A DNA stretch of 64,000 nucleotides from an uncultured Puniceicoccaceae bacterium (lineage in GTDB: Bacteria; Verrucomicrobiota; Verrucomicrobiia; Opitutales; Oceanipulchritudinaceae). Shown here piece by piece: positions 51,261-61,532 of the stretch. The notes beneath the pieces were generated by a model. It worked only from the letters and a program-made list of their open reading frames with translations. It was not told the origin of the DNA and ran no database searches. The stretch is taken from assembly GCA_963933835.1 (NCBI GenBank), contig CAWVVV010000002.1, forward strand, positions 320,001-384,000. Direction: 5' to 3'. Numbering within the stretch: the stretch's first letter is position 1; the number at the start of each line of letters is the position of its first letter. The position numbers were made by a program, and so were the translations under genes.

Positions 51261-51899
51261 ATGGGACAAAAAGTAAATCCGATCAGTTTCCGCCTCGCCG
51301 TCCGTCGTGACTGGCAGAGCCGTTGGTTCGCAGGTAAAGACACCTACGCCGCCAACGTTGAGGAAGACTACCGCATCCGCGAATTTCTCGAGAGTAAGTT
51401 CCGCTTTGCTGCGGTGCCTAACATCTACATCGAACGTGCTGGACAGCGTGTTCGGATCAAGGTCCCAACCGCGCGCCCTGGTGTTGTCATCGGTCGTAAA
51501 GGTCAAGAGCTCGAAAAGATCAAGGAAGAGCTCAACAAGATGCTTAAGCGCGATGTCCTCCTCGATATTCAGGAAGTGAAGCGTCCGGACACCAACGCCC
51601 AGCTCGTTGCTGAGAGCGTGGCTCTCCAACTCGAGCGTCGTATTGCCTTCCGCCGTGCGATGAAAAAGACCATCCAGCAGACCATGAGTGTCGGCGTGGA
51701 CGGTATTCGTCTCCAAGTTTCAGGTCGCCTCGGTGGTTCTGACATTGCCCGCACAGAAAACTCCCGCGCTGGTCGCGTGCCTCTTCACACCCTGCGTGCC
51801 AACATCGACTACGGTTTCTGCGAAGCCCGCACTGTTTACGGTATTATCGGCATTAAGTGCTGGATCTGCCTTCCTTCTGACGAGCTTGGCCTCAGCTAA
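51261..51899 (+). CDS. rpsC: 30S ribosomal protein S3
   Basis: MGQKVNP, RPGVVIGRKG, GRVPLHTLRA.IDYG. Confidence 0.99.
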   Translation: MGQKVNPISFRLAVRRDWQSRWFAGKDTYAANVEEDYRIREFLESKFRFAAVPNIYIERAGQRVRIKVPTARPGVVIGRKGQELEKIKEELNKMLKRDVLLDIQEVKRPDTNAQLVAESVALQLERRIAFRRAMKKTIQQTMSVGVDGIRLQVSGRLGGSDIARTENSRAGRVPLHTLRANIDYGFCEARTVYGIIGIKCWICLPSDELGLS

Positions 51900-51947
51900 G
51901 CGCGCCCTTTCACCCTTTTTCTTTTAATCCTCAATATTTGACGACTT

Positions 51948-52367
51948 ATGCCTTTGATGCCCAAACGCACCAAGTATCGGAAGCGCCAGCAAGGCCGTCT
52001 TCGCGGAATCGCGAAGAGTGGCGACACGCTCGCTTTCGGTGACTTCGGCATTCAAGCCCTCGGCCGTGGTGAATTCACTGCCCGCCAGATTGAAGCCGCT
52101 CGTGTCGCGATCAATCGTTACCTTAGCCGTCGTGGTAAGGTCTGGATCCGTGTCTTCCCTCACATGCCGATCACGAAGAAACCGGCAGAAACTCGCCAAG
52201 GTAAAGGTAAGGGCCCAGTTGAATACTGGTGTGCTCAGATCAAGCCAGGTGTGGTTCTTTTTGAACTCACTGGTGTGACTCAAACCCAAGCCCGCGAAGC
52301 AATGCGCCTCGCCGATCGTAAAATCCCTTTCCGTTGCCGCTTCATCTCTAAAGAAGTCTTCGAGTAA
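51948..52367 (+). CDS. rplP: 50S ribosomal protein L16
   Basis: [23 protein letters not shown]. Confidence 0.99.
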   Translation: MPLMPKRTKYRKRQQGRLRGIAKSGDTLAFGDFGIQALGRGEFTARQIEAARVAINRYLSRRGKVWIRVFPHMPITKKPAETRQGKGKGPVEYWCAQIKPGVVLFELTGVTQTQAREAMRLADRKIPFRCRFISKEVFE

Positions 52368-52388
52368 ACCTCTAGCGCTTAAAATCAA

Positions 52389-52598
52389 ATGGCCAGCAAC
52401 ACCAAAGACCTTCGTGAAAACTCAGTCGCCGAGCTTGAAAAACAGCTCCGCGATCACCGCCAGGAACTCCTCGACAGCCGTCTGAAGAAGCAAACTGGTC
52501 AGTTGGAACGCCCACACCTTCTAAGAGAGCTGCGCCGCAGTATCGCCCGAATCGAAACGCTCGTCTGCGAGAAGAAGCGCTCAGCAGCTGCAGCATAA
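52389..52598 (+). CDS. rpmC: 50S ribosomal protein L29
   Basis: GQLERPH.LR..RR.IAR..T; position. Confidence 0.96.
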   Translation: MASNTKDLRENSVAELEKQLRDHRQELLDSRLKKQTGQLERPHLLRELRRSIARIETLVCEKKRSAAAA

Positions 52599-52630
52599 GT
52601 CACCTAATTAATTTCTAAGGAACCCGCACC

Positions 52631-52897
52631 ATGTCAGAACGCAATCGACGCAAGACCTTCACCGGCACTGTTACCAGCTGCTCCGGCGACAAATCGGTCA
52701 AAGTCACCTACGACTATAAAATCCGTCACCCCCTCTACATTAAGGAAGTGAAGCGGAAGACAGTTGTCCACGTCCACGACGAAGAGAACGAAGCCAAGAT
52801 CGGTGACCGCGTAGAAATCATGGAAACTCGCCCAATCAGTAAGCTGAAGCGCTTCCGGGTTGTGCAAGTCATCGAGCGTGCTCCGATTCTCGGATAG
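52631..52897 (+). CDS. rpsQ: 30S ribosomal protein S17
   Basis: HPLY.K, HDE.N, ETRPISK.K. Confidence 0.98.
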   Translation: MSERNRRKTFTGTVTSCSGDKSVKVTYDYKIRHPLYIKEVKRKTVVHVHDEENEAKIGDRVEIMETRPISKLKRFRVVQVIERAPILG

Positions 52898-52933
52898 AGC
52901 CTTTAACTGGAACGAAAAACAAAAGATTAAGCC

Positions 52934-53299
52934 ATGATTCAAATGCTTTCCAGTGTCGATATTGCCGACAACACAGGTGCCAAATCGGGGAAAATGATCC
53001 GCCGTTTGGGCCAACTGAAGAAAACCGCTTCGATCGGTGATGAGATCGTTATTCACATCCGTGATGCGAGCCCTGACGCCCAGATCAAGAAGGGTAGTGT
53101 TGTTCGCGCCGTTGTCGTGCGCACTCGCGCTCCTGTTCGTCGTGCAGACGGCAGTTACCTGCGTTTTGATAGCAACGCAGTCGTCATCATCAACCCCGAC
53201 GGCCAACCGCGCGGAACTCGTATCTACGGACCGATCGCTCGCGAAGTTCGTCAAAAGAAATTCATGAAGATTGTGAGCTTGGCTCCGGAGGTGTTGTAA
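52934..53299 (+). CDS. rplN: 50S ribosomal protein L14
   Basis: ADNTGAK, RFDSNA, GTRIYGP, SLAPEVL. Confidence 0.99.
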   Translation: MIQMLSSVDIADNTGAKSGKMIRRLGQLKKTASIGDEIVIHIRDASPDAQIKKGSVVRAVVVRTRAPVRRADGSYLRFDSNAVVIINPDGQPRGTRIYGPIAREVRQKKFMKIVSLAPEVL

Positions 53300-53301
53300 A
53301 G

Positions 53302-53565
53302 ATGAAGAATAGGATCAAAGCAGGCGACGAAGTCGTCGTTATCGCAGGAAATGACAAAGGCTCACGAGGCAGTGTTCTCAGCGTCATTCCTTCCAAGAAC
53401 CGTGTCCTCGTAGAAAACGTGAACAAGCGCAAGCATCACGAAAAAGCGAAGAGCGAAAACGAGCCGGGTGGCATCACTGAACGTGAGAACCCGATTCATA
53501 TTTCCAATGTCATGCTCGCGAGCCGCTACGACGAAAAAGTCGGCTCGAAGCAAAAGACTTCCTAA
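53302..53565 (+). CDS. rplX: 50S ribosomal protein L24
   Basis: GDEVVVIAG.DKG, E.PIHISNV. Confidence 0.98.
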   Translation: MKNRIKAGDEVVVIAGNDKGSRGSVLSVIPSKNRVLVENVNKRKHHEKAKSENEPGGITERENPIHISNVMLASRYDEKVGSKQKTS

Positions 53566-53585
53566 TTTTCAAGGAGACTGAGATC

Positions 53586-54152
53586 ATGCCCGTCCCTGTA
53601 TTAAAAAAACATTACCAAGACGCCATCGTTGCCGAGATGAAGAAACTTCACGGCTACGAAAACATCCACGTCGTTCCACAGCTCGAGAAAATCGTGGTGA
53701 ACAGCGGTTTCGATGCTGACATCGATAAGAAGGAGATCATCACGACTCAAAAAGAGATCAGTGCGATCACCGGACAGAACACTGTTATCACTAAAGCGCG
53801 TAAGAGTGTATCGAACTTTAAGCTACGTGAAGGCATGCCAGTCGGCACGATGGTCACGCTCCGTGGTGCTGCGATGTATGAATTTCTCTACCGCCTCATT
53901 GCGGTTGCACTTCCAGGCATCCGTGACTTCCGCGGTGTGCAGGAAAAATTAGATGGCAGTGGTAACTACAACCTCGGTATCGCCGATCACACTATTTTCG
54001 CTGAGATAAACTCAGATGGCAGCAAACGCACCATCGGAATGGATATCAGCTTCGTAACGTCTGCCAAGACAGATGCTGAGGGTCGTGACCTTCTTCGTCT
54101 TTTTGGTATGCCTTTCCGCAAGAAACAAACCAGCACGGCAACCGCCGCCTGA
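53586..54152 (+). CDS. rplE: 50S ribosomal protein L5
   Basis: KIVVN, ITGQ, FKLREG, IRDFRG. Confidence 0.99.
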   Translation: MPVPVLKKHYQDAIVAEMKKLHGYENIHVVPQLEKIVVNSGFDADIDKKEIITTQKEISAITGQNTVITKARKSVSNFKLREGMPVGTMVTLRGAAMYEFLYRLIAVALPGIRDFRGVQEKLDGSGNYNLGIADHTIFAEINSDGSKRTIGMDISFVTSAKTDAEGRDLLRLFGMPFRKKQTSTATAA

Positions 54153-54179
54153 GGAATCACCTCTTAACACACTTTTGCT

Positions 54180-54485
54180 ATGGCCAAAAAGGCAATGATC
54201 GAACGGGACAAGAAGCGCGCACGGACTATTGAAAAGTTCGCTGCAAAACGCGCTGAACTGAAGCGCATAATGGCGGATCCTAAAACGACCGACGACGAGT
54301 TCTATGCAGCGATGCACAAACTCGCTAAACTCCCTCGTGACTCCAGCCCTGTGCGTTTGCGTAACCGCTGTAGCATCACTGGCCGCCCTCGTGCCTTCAT
54401 CCGCAAATACGGCGTTAGCCGGATTACCTTCCGCGAACTTGCCTCCCAAGGTAAGCTTCCTGGTGTAACCAAGTCTTCCTGGTAA
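54180..54485 (+). CDS. rpsN: 30S ribosomal protein S14 (101-aa form lacking the 4-Cys Zn motif)
   Basis: MAKK, RNRC.ITGRPR, G.LPGV.KSSW. Confidence 0.98.
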   Translation: MAKKAMIERDKKRARTIEKFAAKRAELKRIMADPKTTDDEFYAAMHKLAKLPRDSSPVRLRNRCSITGRPRAFIRKYGVSRITFRELASQGKLPGVTKSSW

Positions 54486-54522
54486 TCCACCGCGACGAAA
54501 CTTCTGCAAAGGAACATATTAT

Positions 54523-54915
54523 ATGTCTGACAGCATCAGCGACTTCCTGACCATCATCCGAAATGCCTACGGGGCAAACAAGGACACGTGCTCAGCGAAA
54601 TACTCAAAGATCCACCGCGCGATCGCCCAAATCCTGAAGGATGAGGGTTACCTCAAATCCGTCGACGATGGCGAGGACAGCAACGGGCACAAGTGCCTCG
54701 TCCTCAGCCTGAAGTATGTCGACGACACCCCGGCACTCTTGGGCATCAAGCGAGTTAGCCGTCCAGGTCGCCGTCTCTATTTTCAGTCCACCGAAATCCC
54801 CCGAACATTGGGTGGATTGGGTGTGGGCATTCTTACCACCTCCCGTGGTGTCTTGGGTGATCGCGATGCCCGTCAACAAAACGTCGGCGGCGAGCTCATC
54901 TGCTCTGTCTGGTAA
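54523..54915 (+). CDS. rpsH: 30S ribosomal protein S8
   Basis: D.ISDFLT.IRNA, SRPG.R.Y, GGELIC.VW. Confidence 0.98.
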   Translation: MSDSISDFLTIIRNAYGANKDTCSAKYSKIHRAIAQILKDEGYLKSVDDGEDSNGHKCLVLSLKYVDDTPALLGIKRVSRPGRRLYFQSTEIPRTLGGLGVGILTTSRGVLGDRDARQQNVGGELICSVW

Positions 54916-54944
54916 TCGACCTATAAGTTCTGGAGATCCCCCCC

Positions 54945-55484
54945 ATGAGTCGTATTGGAAAACTTCCTGTATCCATCCCTGACAAAGTTAAAGTCGCGGT
55001 CGATGGATCATCCATCAAAGTCGAGGGCCCGAAGGGCAAACTCGAGCAATCCTTCAACCCAACCGTCATCACGCTGAAGCAAGAAAACGGCGCTGTTGTC
55101 GTTGAGCCTGTCGGTAACAGCCGTCATGCGAAAGCGATGTATGGCACTGCGCGTTCACTTATCAACGGAATGGTTGTGGGTGTAACGACGGGCTTCATGA
55201 AGCAGCTTGAAATCAACGGTGTTGGTTTTCGTGCCACCATTCAGGGCAAGAACGTTAAGCTCGAGCTCGGCTATTCGCACGATATCATCCACCCGATTCC
55301 TGCAGGCGTTACCGTCACGATGGATGGCCAGACAAAGATGAAAGTCGAAGGTGCCGACAAGCAGAAGGTCGGACAGTTTGCAGCTCACGTTAAGAGCTTC
55401 TACCCAGTTGAGCCTTACAAGGGCAAGGGTGTCACGATTGTTGGTGATTACGTTCGCCGCAAGGAAGGTAAGAAGAGCGGATAA
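54945..55484 (+). CDS. rplF: 50S ribosomal protein L6
   Basis: MSRIGK, GPKG.L, EPYKGKG. Confidence 0.99.
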   Translation: MSRIGKLPVSIPDKVKVAVDGSSIKVEGPKGKLEQSFNPTVITLKQENGAVVVEPVGNSRHAKAMYGTARSLINGMVVGVTTGFMKQLEINGVGFRATIQGKNVKLELGYSHDIIHPIPAGVTVTMDGQTKMKVEGADKQKVGQFAAHVKSFYPVEPYKGKGVTIVGDYVRRKEGKKSG

Positions 55485-55521
55485 TCGCCTCGCGGCCTGA
55501 CTCACTCCAAGGAGACATACG

Positions 55522-55884
55522 ATGAATTTACAACATAAGAAAATGCTCCGCCAGAAGCGTATCTGGCGCATCCGCAAAAAGGTTTCCGGCACCGCTGAGT
55601 GCCCGCGTCTTTGCGTGACTTTCTCAAACAAGCACATCTACGCTCAAGCTATCGATGACGAAGCGGGTCGCACTCTTGTGTCGATTGCTTCGACTGAGAA
55701 GGCTGTTCGTGAGCAGTCCTTGCGTGCGAATGTTGGCGGTGCTACTGAACTCGGTAAGCAACTCGGCGAAAAAGCTAAGACTGCTGGTATCGAATCAGTC
55801 GTTTTCGACCGTCACGGTCGGCGCTATCATGGCCGCGTCCGTGAGTTCGCCAACGCCGTTCGCGCTGCAGGAATCAAATTCTAA
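55522..55884 (+). CDS. rplR: 50S ribosomal protein L18
   Basis: PRL.V..SNKHIYAQ, VFDR...YHGRV. Confidence 0.98.
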   Translation: MNLQHKKMLRQKRIWRIRKKVSGTAECPRLCVTFSNKHIYAQAIDDEAGRTLVSIASTEKAVREQSLRANVGGATELGKQLGEKAKTAGIESVVFDRHGRRYHGRVREFANAVRAAGIKF

Positions 55885-55896
55885 TACACCCGTCGT

Positions 55897-56703
55897 ATGA
55901 CTGAAGAAAACAAAGACTCTCCGGAAGAAATTTCAGCTCCATCTACTCCACCTGTAGCCCCTAGCCTGAACCCTGAACAGGGTTCCGACATCATCGGTGC
56001 TGCAGCAGAGAAAGAAAAGCGCGGTAGCGCTGTTCTTGGAATGGTCGAGCCATCGGCTGCATCGAGAGAGCAAGACTCACGTCGTGGCGGTGGCGGTCGC
56101 GGTCGCGGCGGTCGTGGTGGCCCAGGTCGCGGTGGCCCAGGTCGCGGTGGCCCAGGTCGTGGTGGCCCAGGCGGCGGTCGTGGTCGCGGTGGCCCAGGTG
56201 GTCGTGGTCGTGGACGTCGTGGTCAGCAACGCCCTCAAGAAGAGGATAGCGGACTGATCGAGAAGGTCGTCAACATCAACCGTTGCGCTAAGGTTGTCGC
56301 TGGTGGACGTCGTTTCAGCTTTTCTGCACTCGTCGTCGTAGGCGATGGCGAAGGTAATGTCGGTGTTGGCTACGGTAAAGCAAAGGAAGTACCTGAATGC
56401 ATTCGCAAGGGAACTGAAAAGGCCAAGGCAAACATGAAGCCGATCAATCGCCGCAACAATACCATCCCACACCCCGTTATCGGTGAACATGATGGTGGGC
56501 GCGTGATGCTCCGCCCTGCAACTCCCGGAACCGGTGTCATTGCTGGTGGTGGTGTGCGTGCGGTGCTCGAAGCAGCTGGGATTAAGGACGTGCTGACGAA
56601 GAGTCTCCGTTCAAACAACCCCCTTGCGACCGTTAATGCTACGCTCGATGCTCTCAAACAGCTCCGTTCTAAAGAACAAATCTACGCGCTTCGTCGCGGC
56701 TAA
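55897..56703 (+). CDS. rpsE: 30S ribosomal protein S5 with long N-terminal acidic plus RGG extension
   Basis: [23 protein letters not shown]; about 115-aa extension. Confidence 0.97.
   Translation: MTEENKDSPEEISAPSTPPVAPSLNPEQGSDIIGAAAEKEKRGSAVLGMVEPSAASREQDSRRGGGGRGRGGRGGPGRGGPGRGGPGRGGPGGGRGRGGPGGRGRGRRGQQRPQEEDSGLIEKVVNINRCAKVVAGGRRFSFSALVVVGDGEGNVGVGYGKAKEVPECIRKGTEKAKANMKPINRRNNTIPHPVIGEHDGGRVMLRPATPGTGVIAGGGVRAVLEAAGIKDVLTKSLRSNNPLATVNATLDALKQLRSKEQIYALRRG
56116..56199 (+). repeat. 15-bp GGTGGCCCAGGTCGY repeats encoding GGPGR
   Basis: Three full tandem copies 56116-56160 plus partial copies at 56161 and 56188. Confidence 0.9.
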
Positions 56704-56756
56704 TATTTCCTCGGGAGTCATTCCCGTCTCACTAAAACTTCAATACTTTTTCAGTC

Positions 56757-57239
56757 ATGCGACTCCACAATTTACCTAAGAGCGGCGGTTTTAAAAAGCG
56801 CAAGCGTATCGGCCGCGGTGAAGGCGGCGGCCGTGGTAAGACCTCTGGCCGTGGACACAAAGGTCAGCGTTCACGTTCCGGCTTCAGTCAACGTCCAGGT
56901 TTCGAGTCTGGTCACATCCCACTTTACCGTAAGCTGCCAAAGCGCGGTTTCAGCAACTTCCAGTTCCGCGTTGATTTTGACGTTGTGAACTTGGGTGACC
57001 TCGATCGCCTCGAAGTTGATATAGTGGATCGCGCTACGCTCATTGAGGCCGGACTTCTTCGCTCCAGCTCTAAGCTGTTCAAGATTCTCGGTACCGGTGA
57101 AATTAGCCGGAAGGTAACCATTTCCGCCCACAAGTTTTCTGCTTCTGCCAAAACTAAGATTGAAGCTGCTGGTGGAGAAGTTCTTCTCCTCAGCGCCCCA
57201 GTCGAAGAAAAAGAGGAAGAGGCCGAAGGCGAAGCTTAA
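56757..57239 (+). CDS. rplO: 50S ribosomal protein L15
   Basis: R.GRG.G.G.GKTSGRG.KGQ.SR, LPKRGF. Confidence 0.98.
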   Translation: MRLHNLPKSGGFKKRKRIGRGEGGGRGKTSGRGHKGQRSRSGFSQRPGFESGHIPLYRKLPKRGFSNFQFRVDFDVVNLGDLDRLEVDIVDRATLIEAGLLRSSSKLFKILGTGEISRKVTISAHKFSASAKTKIEAAGGEVLLLSAPVEEKEEEAEGEA

Positions 57240-57324
57240 TCGAGAACGTCTTTCGTGACGTTTTTTTTCGATCCCGCACTAGCAGACGCTAGCCCATTGA
57301 ACTGTTGTCCGACCCGCTCGCCCG

Positions 57325-58851
57325 ATGATCTCAGCTTTCTTCAATAGTTTTAAAATCCCTGAATTGCGGGACAAAATTTTTATCACCCTCTTTCTCCTCT
57401 TTATTGCGAGAATGGGTGCTAACATCCCGCTCCCAGGCCTAGATCCGTCGCCGCTTCAGGATTACTTTAAGGCTCAGAGTGAATCCGGGCAGGGAGGAAT
57501 GCTTTCTCTCTATAACATGTTTACTGGGGGAGCGCTTGCTCAAGGAGCTTTGTTCACCCTCGGCATCATGCCGTACATCAGTGCGTCGATTATTTTTCAG
57601 CTCCTCGGTGCCGCTGTTCCGAGCCTCGCTCGTCTACAGCAAGAGGGCGAAACCGGCCGCCAAAAGATTGCTCAGTACACCCGCTATGCAACCGTCGTCA
57701 TTTGCTTGATCCAAGCGAGCTTGATGGTCGGATCTATGCTCAACCCGGGTAAGGTTTTCCAAGGTTACTCAGTTGAGAACTACGGAGCGATCGTGATCAC
57801 CGATCCGATGTGGTTTAGCATTACAGCGGTCATTTTCCTTACGGGTGGAACGGTCCTGCTCATGTGGATCGGCGAGCAAATCACCAGTCGCGGAATTGGT
57901 AATGGTATTTCGCTTCTCATTACGATCGGTATTTTGTCCGATCTACCGGGAGCACTCAGTCTAACTTACGGACTCTTCCAACGTCCGGATGCAGCGACGG
58001 ACCCGATCCTTCGATGGGAGATGGGAATCGTCATGCTCGCCTTCCTTGTCCTTGTCGTGGCAGGGGTCGTCATGATCGTGCAAGCGGTTCGACGCATCCC
58101 GGTACAGCACGCAAAGCGTGTCGTCGGGCGCAAAGTCTTTGGCGGTCAGAGCAGTTTCCTGCCTCTCAAGGTCAACTACTCCGGGGTTATGCCGATCATC
58201 TTTGGTTCGGCGATTCTGATGTTTTTCGTCACGATCTTCCCCCCCCTCGGTAACCTCCTTGGTAACGAAAACTGGTTTGGTCGCGCCGTGATCGCATTTG
58301 GTAACTTGTTTAACCCAGGTGCGTGGACCTACTACCTCTTCTTTGGAACACTCATTTTCGGATTCAGCTACGTCTGGGTATCGATGATGTTCAAGCCGAC
58401 GCAGATTGCTGACGACTTGAAGAAAAACGGCGGCTATGTCCCCGGTGTTCGCCCAGGGGAACCGACCGCGAAGTATCTCGATTTTATTATGACCCGGCTG
58501 ACTTTTGCCGGTGCCATCTTCCTCGTCTTTATCGCTATCTTGCCGAACATGGTGAGCGGTGCCCTTGGCATCCCTTACAAGGCAGCACAGTTTTTCGGCG
58601 GCACCGGTTTGTTGATTATCGTCGGTGTGTTGCTCGATCTCCTTCGCCAGATTGAGACGTATCTCCTGCAGCGGCACTACGATGGTTTCCTCAAGAAGGG
58701 GCGCATCCGTGGTAAGAGTGTTGGTCGCACGCGTAATTTGGTTGATACAACGGGTATTTCCGAAACGAAGCCTGCTTGGCGCTGGCTCGCCCTCATGTTT
58801 GTCTCCGGACTCGTGGCATGGGTGATTACCACGTTCGATCTCGTCGGTTAG
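57325..58851 (+). CDS. secY: Preprotein translocase subunit SecY
   Basis: LGIMPYISASII, GIGNGISL, GVMPIIF, PGVRPG, GGT.LLI.VGV. Confidence 0.98.
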   Translation: MISAFFNSFKIPELRDKIFITLFLLFIARMGANIPLPGLDPSPLQDYFKAQSESGQGGMLSLYNMFTGGALAQGALFTLGIMPYISASIIFQLLGAAVPSLARLQQEGETGRQKIAQYTRYATVVICLIQASLMVGSMLNPGKVFQGYSVENYGAIVITDPMWFSITAVIFLTGGTVLLMWIGEQITSRGIGNGISLLITIGILSDLPGALSLTYGLFQRPDAATDPILRWEMGIVMLAFLVLVVAGVVMIVQAVRRIPVQHAKRVVGRKVFGGQSSFLPLKVNYSGVMPIIFGSAILMFFVTIFPPLGNLLGNENWFGRAVIAFGNLFNPGAWTYYLFFGTLIFGFSYVWVSMMFKPTQIADDLKKNGGYVPGVRPGEPTAKYLDFIMTRLTFAGAIFLVFIAILPNMVSGALGIPYKAAQFFGGTGLLIIVGVLLDLLRQIETYLLQRHYDGFLKKGRIRGKSVGRTRNLVDTTGISETKPAWRWLALMFVSGLVAWVITTFDLVG

Positions 58852-58899
58852 GAGTGTCCTGCCTGGACGCTTCTATTCTGCAAAGAGCAAGGAGTTCGA

Positions 58900-59673
58900 A
58901 TGATCCCGATAAAAACGGAGAGCGAGCTCACTCAAATGCGGGCCGCCGGTAAAATTGCCGCCAACGTTCTCGCCAAACTCAAGAAGCTCGTTGAGCCGGG
59001 GGTGAATACCTACGATCTCGACCAAGAGGGGAAGCGATTGATCGAAGCGTATGGCGCGACGAGTGCGTGCTATAATTATCCCAATGGGGCTCTTCGCTTT
59101 CCTGCCTACACCTGCCTTTCCGTAAACGACGAAATCGTCCATGGTATCGGCGATATCAAACGAGTTTTGCAAGAAGGCGATATCATCGCGCTCGACGTAA
59201 GCATTGTTTACGATGGGTGGATTGGTGATAACGCCTTTACTGTCCCAGTGGGCGAAGTCTCTTCTGCCGTTCAAAAACTGCTGGATGAATCCAAGCGCGC
59301 TCTGGATCTTGCGATCGATGAGGCGCGTCCGGGTAATCGCGTCGGATTCATCTCGAATCGCGTGCAGTCACACATTCTTCCGCTGGGCTTGGGAATCGTT
59401 CGCGATTTTGTTGGCCATGGGGTGGGGCGGACGATGCACGAGGCTCCGCAGATCCCTAATTTCGGACCCCGCAAGCGCGGAGAAACGCTGCGCCCTGGAA
59501 TGACCCTCGCGATTGAGCCTATGATCACGATGGGCAACGGTAAGATCCGCATGGGCACTGATGGATGGACCGCTTTGAGCGCAGATGCATCGCCTGCTGC
59601 TCACTTCGAACACACCGTCCTAGTGACAAAAAATGATCCTGAAATTCTCACCACCCCGGACCCCGAGATTTAA
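58900..59673 (+). CDS. map: Methionine aminopeptidase type I
   Basis: SVNDEIVHG, GHGVG..MHE.P, AIEPM, AHFEHT. Confidence 0.97.
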   Translation: MIPIKTESELTQMRAAGKIAANVLAKLKKLVEPGVNTYDLDQEGKRLIEAYGATSACYNYPNGALRFPAYTCLSVNDEIVHGIGDIKRVLQEGDIIALDVSIVYDGWIGDNAFTVPVGEVSSAVQKLLDESKRALDLAIDEARPGNRVGFISNRVQSHILPLGLGIVRDFVGHGVGRTMHEAPQIPNFGPRKRGETLRPGMTLAIEPMITMGNGKIRMGTDGWTALSADASPAAHFEHTVLVTKNDPEILTTPDPEI

Positions 59674-59708
59674 ACTTGAATTTATCTCAGAAAATATCGG
59701 TGAAAGCC

Positions 59709-59826
59709 TTGACAGCATTTTCTTTGACGCGTTGTCTGTCCGCTTTTCGCGATAAAACAACGCCTGTTCGTTGTTCTATGCGCATCCCCTTTTTACTTAT
59801 ACTAACTTAAGCTTCATTCTGATCTC
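59709..59826 (+). promoter_or_regulatory. Putative alpha-operon promoter (-35 TTGACA) and structured leader
   Basis: TTGACA at 59709; hairpin core AACAACG-cctgtt-CGTTGTT at about 59756-59775. Confidence 0.5.
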
Positions 59827-60198
59827 ATGCCACGGATTCTAGGAGTCGAAATTCCAGCCAATAAGAAAATTCCTTATTCGCTAACCTATATATACGGAAT
59901 CGGTTTAACCACTGCTCAAAAGCTGTGTGTTCAATCTGATCTGGATCAAGATCGACGCGCTCATACATTGAGTGAAGAAGAGCTCAATAAGATCGCTGAA
60001 AGCGCGGTCAAAGAAGGCATCCGTGTTGAGGGTGATCTTCGCCGTGAGATCTCTTCTAACTTGAAGCGTCTCCAAGCGATCCAAAGCTACCGCGGTATCC
60101 GTCACCGTAAAGGACTTCCTGTTCGTGGCCAACGCACTAAGTGCAACGCACGCACTCGTAAGGGTAAGCGCGTCGCAATCGCCGGCAAAAAAGGGTAA
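59827..60198 (+). CDS. rpsM: 30S ribosomal protein S13
   Basis: [22 protein letters not shown]. Confidence 0.99.
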   Translation: MPRILGVEIPANKKIPYSLTYIYGIGLTTAQKLCVQSDLDQDRRAHTLSEEELNKIAESAVKEGIRVEGDLRREISSNLKRLQAIQSYRGIRHRKGLPVRGQRTKCNARTRKGKRVAIAGKKG

Positions 60199-60236
60199 CT
60201 AACTCCCATCCAATACTTTATTTATAACTCATCAAT

Positions 60237-60782
60237 ATGAGCGAAGAAAACACTAAAGAGCAGCAGCCCGAGACTGCCGCCGCGGAAAAGATCGAAGCCA
60301 CCGCGGCCGCCCCTGTGCAAACAGAAGGTGCTGACAAGGCCGAAACCGAGGAAGTAAAGGCAGCGCAACCTTCAGCAGCAGATCTGTTGAAGAGCGAAGT
60401 CGACCTCAATGTCAGAAAAGCTAAGGGCTCAAAGAATATTCATTCTGGGATCGTCAATGTATTGGCGACCTTTAACAATACGAAGGTCTCTTTCTGCGAC
60501 ACCGCGGGAAACGTAGTCTCCTGGTCAAGTGCCGGTAAGATGAGTTTCCGTGGTTCCCGCAAAAGCACTGCCTACGCTGCTCAAGTCGTTACTCAAGACG
60601 CGGGCAAGGTTGCGCTTTCGCACGGAATGAAGGAAGTAGAAATTCGTGTGAAGGGCCCTGGAATGGGTCGTGATAGTGCGATCCGCGCTATTCAATCGCT
60701 CGGCATGACTGTCAGCGCGATCACGGACAACACTCCGATCCCGCACAACGGTTGCCGTCCTAAGAAGCGTCGTCGCGTCTAG
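60237..60782 (+). CDS. rpsK: 30S ribosomal protein S11 with Ala/Glu-rich N-terminal extension
   Basis: [29 protein letters not shown]. Confidence 0.98.
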   Translation: MSEENTKEQQPETAAAEKIEATAAAPVQTEGADKAETEEVKAAQPSAADLLKSEVDLNVRKAKGSKNIHSGIVNVLATFNNTKVSFCDTAGNVVSWSSAGKMSFRGSRKSTAYAAQVVTQDAGKVALSHGMKEVEIRVKGPGMGRDSAIRAIQSLGMTVSAITDNTPIPHNGCRPKKRRRV

Positions 60783-60832
60783 GCCCTCCGTCCCTCCTTT
60801 ACTTTCATTTTCGGTTTCTAAATTTTCGACTC

Positions 60833-61441
60833 ATGTCACGTTATACAGGCCCAGCTACACGGATTAATCGCCGTTTCAACATGTCGATCTTCCCGCCTAA
60901 TAAGGCGCAAGAACGCAAGCCTCACCCTCCTGGCCAGCACGGTCCCCGTCTTCGCCGCAAAGTTTCTGAATACGGCCTCGGCCTCAACGAGAAACAAAAG
61001 CTCCGCTACCTTTATGGTCTGACGGAGAAGCAGTTCCGCCGCACTTTTGAAAAAGCAAAGTCGCAACGGGGTGTTACCGGTCAAATCTTTCTCCAGCTTC
61101 TGGACACACGTCTCGATTCGGTCATCTACCATCTCGGTTTCGCTCGCACTCGTCGCGCTGCGCGTCAATTTGTTGCCCACGGTCATGTTAAGATCAATGG
61201 TCACAAGGTAGATATTCCGAGCTACCAAATCATTGGTGGAGAGACGATCGAAGTTCGTGAATCGACCTCATCCCGCCAGTTGGCTACCCGTTCGATCGAA
61301 GACACACGTGTTCGCCCGGTACCAAATTGGATCACTCGCAACGACGACGCGCTCACCGCGACGATCAACCGTTTGCCAACCGCTGAAGAAATTGAAACCG
61401 GGATCAACGTCCAGTTGATCGTGGAATTCTACAGCCGCTAG
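60833..61441 (+). CDS. rpsD: 30S ribosomal protein S4
   Basis: RYTGP, PGQHG, EKQK, RLD, ARQ.V.HGH, IVEFYSR. Confidence 0.99.
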   Translation: MSRYTGPATRINRRFNMSIFPPNKAQERKPHPPGQHGPRLRRKVSEYGLGLNEKQKLRYLYGLTEKQFRRTFEKAKSQRGVTGQIFLQLLDTRLDSVIYHLGFARTRRAARQFVAHGHVKINGHKVDIPSYQIIGGETIEVRESTSSRQLATRSIEDTRVRPVPNWITRNDDALTATINRLPTAEEIETGINVQLIVEFYSR

Positions 61442-61532
61442 TTTCTCTCACGGGACCGGTTGCGCAACTCGATTTGCGCTATTTTGCGGCCCCACCTCAC
61501 CTCGCTGAACACAACCATTTAATAGATCACAC

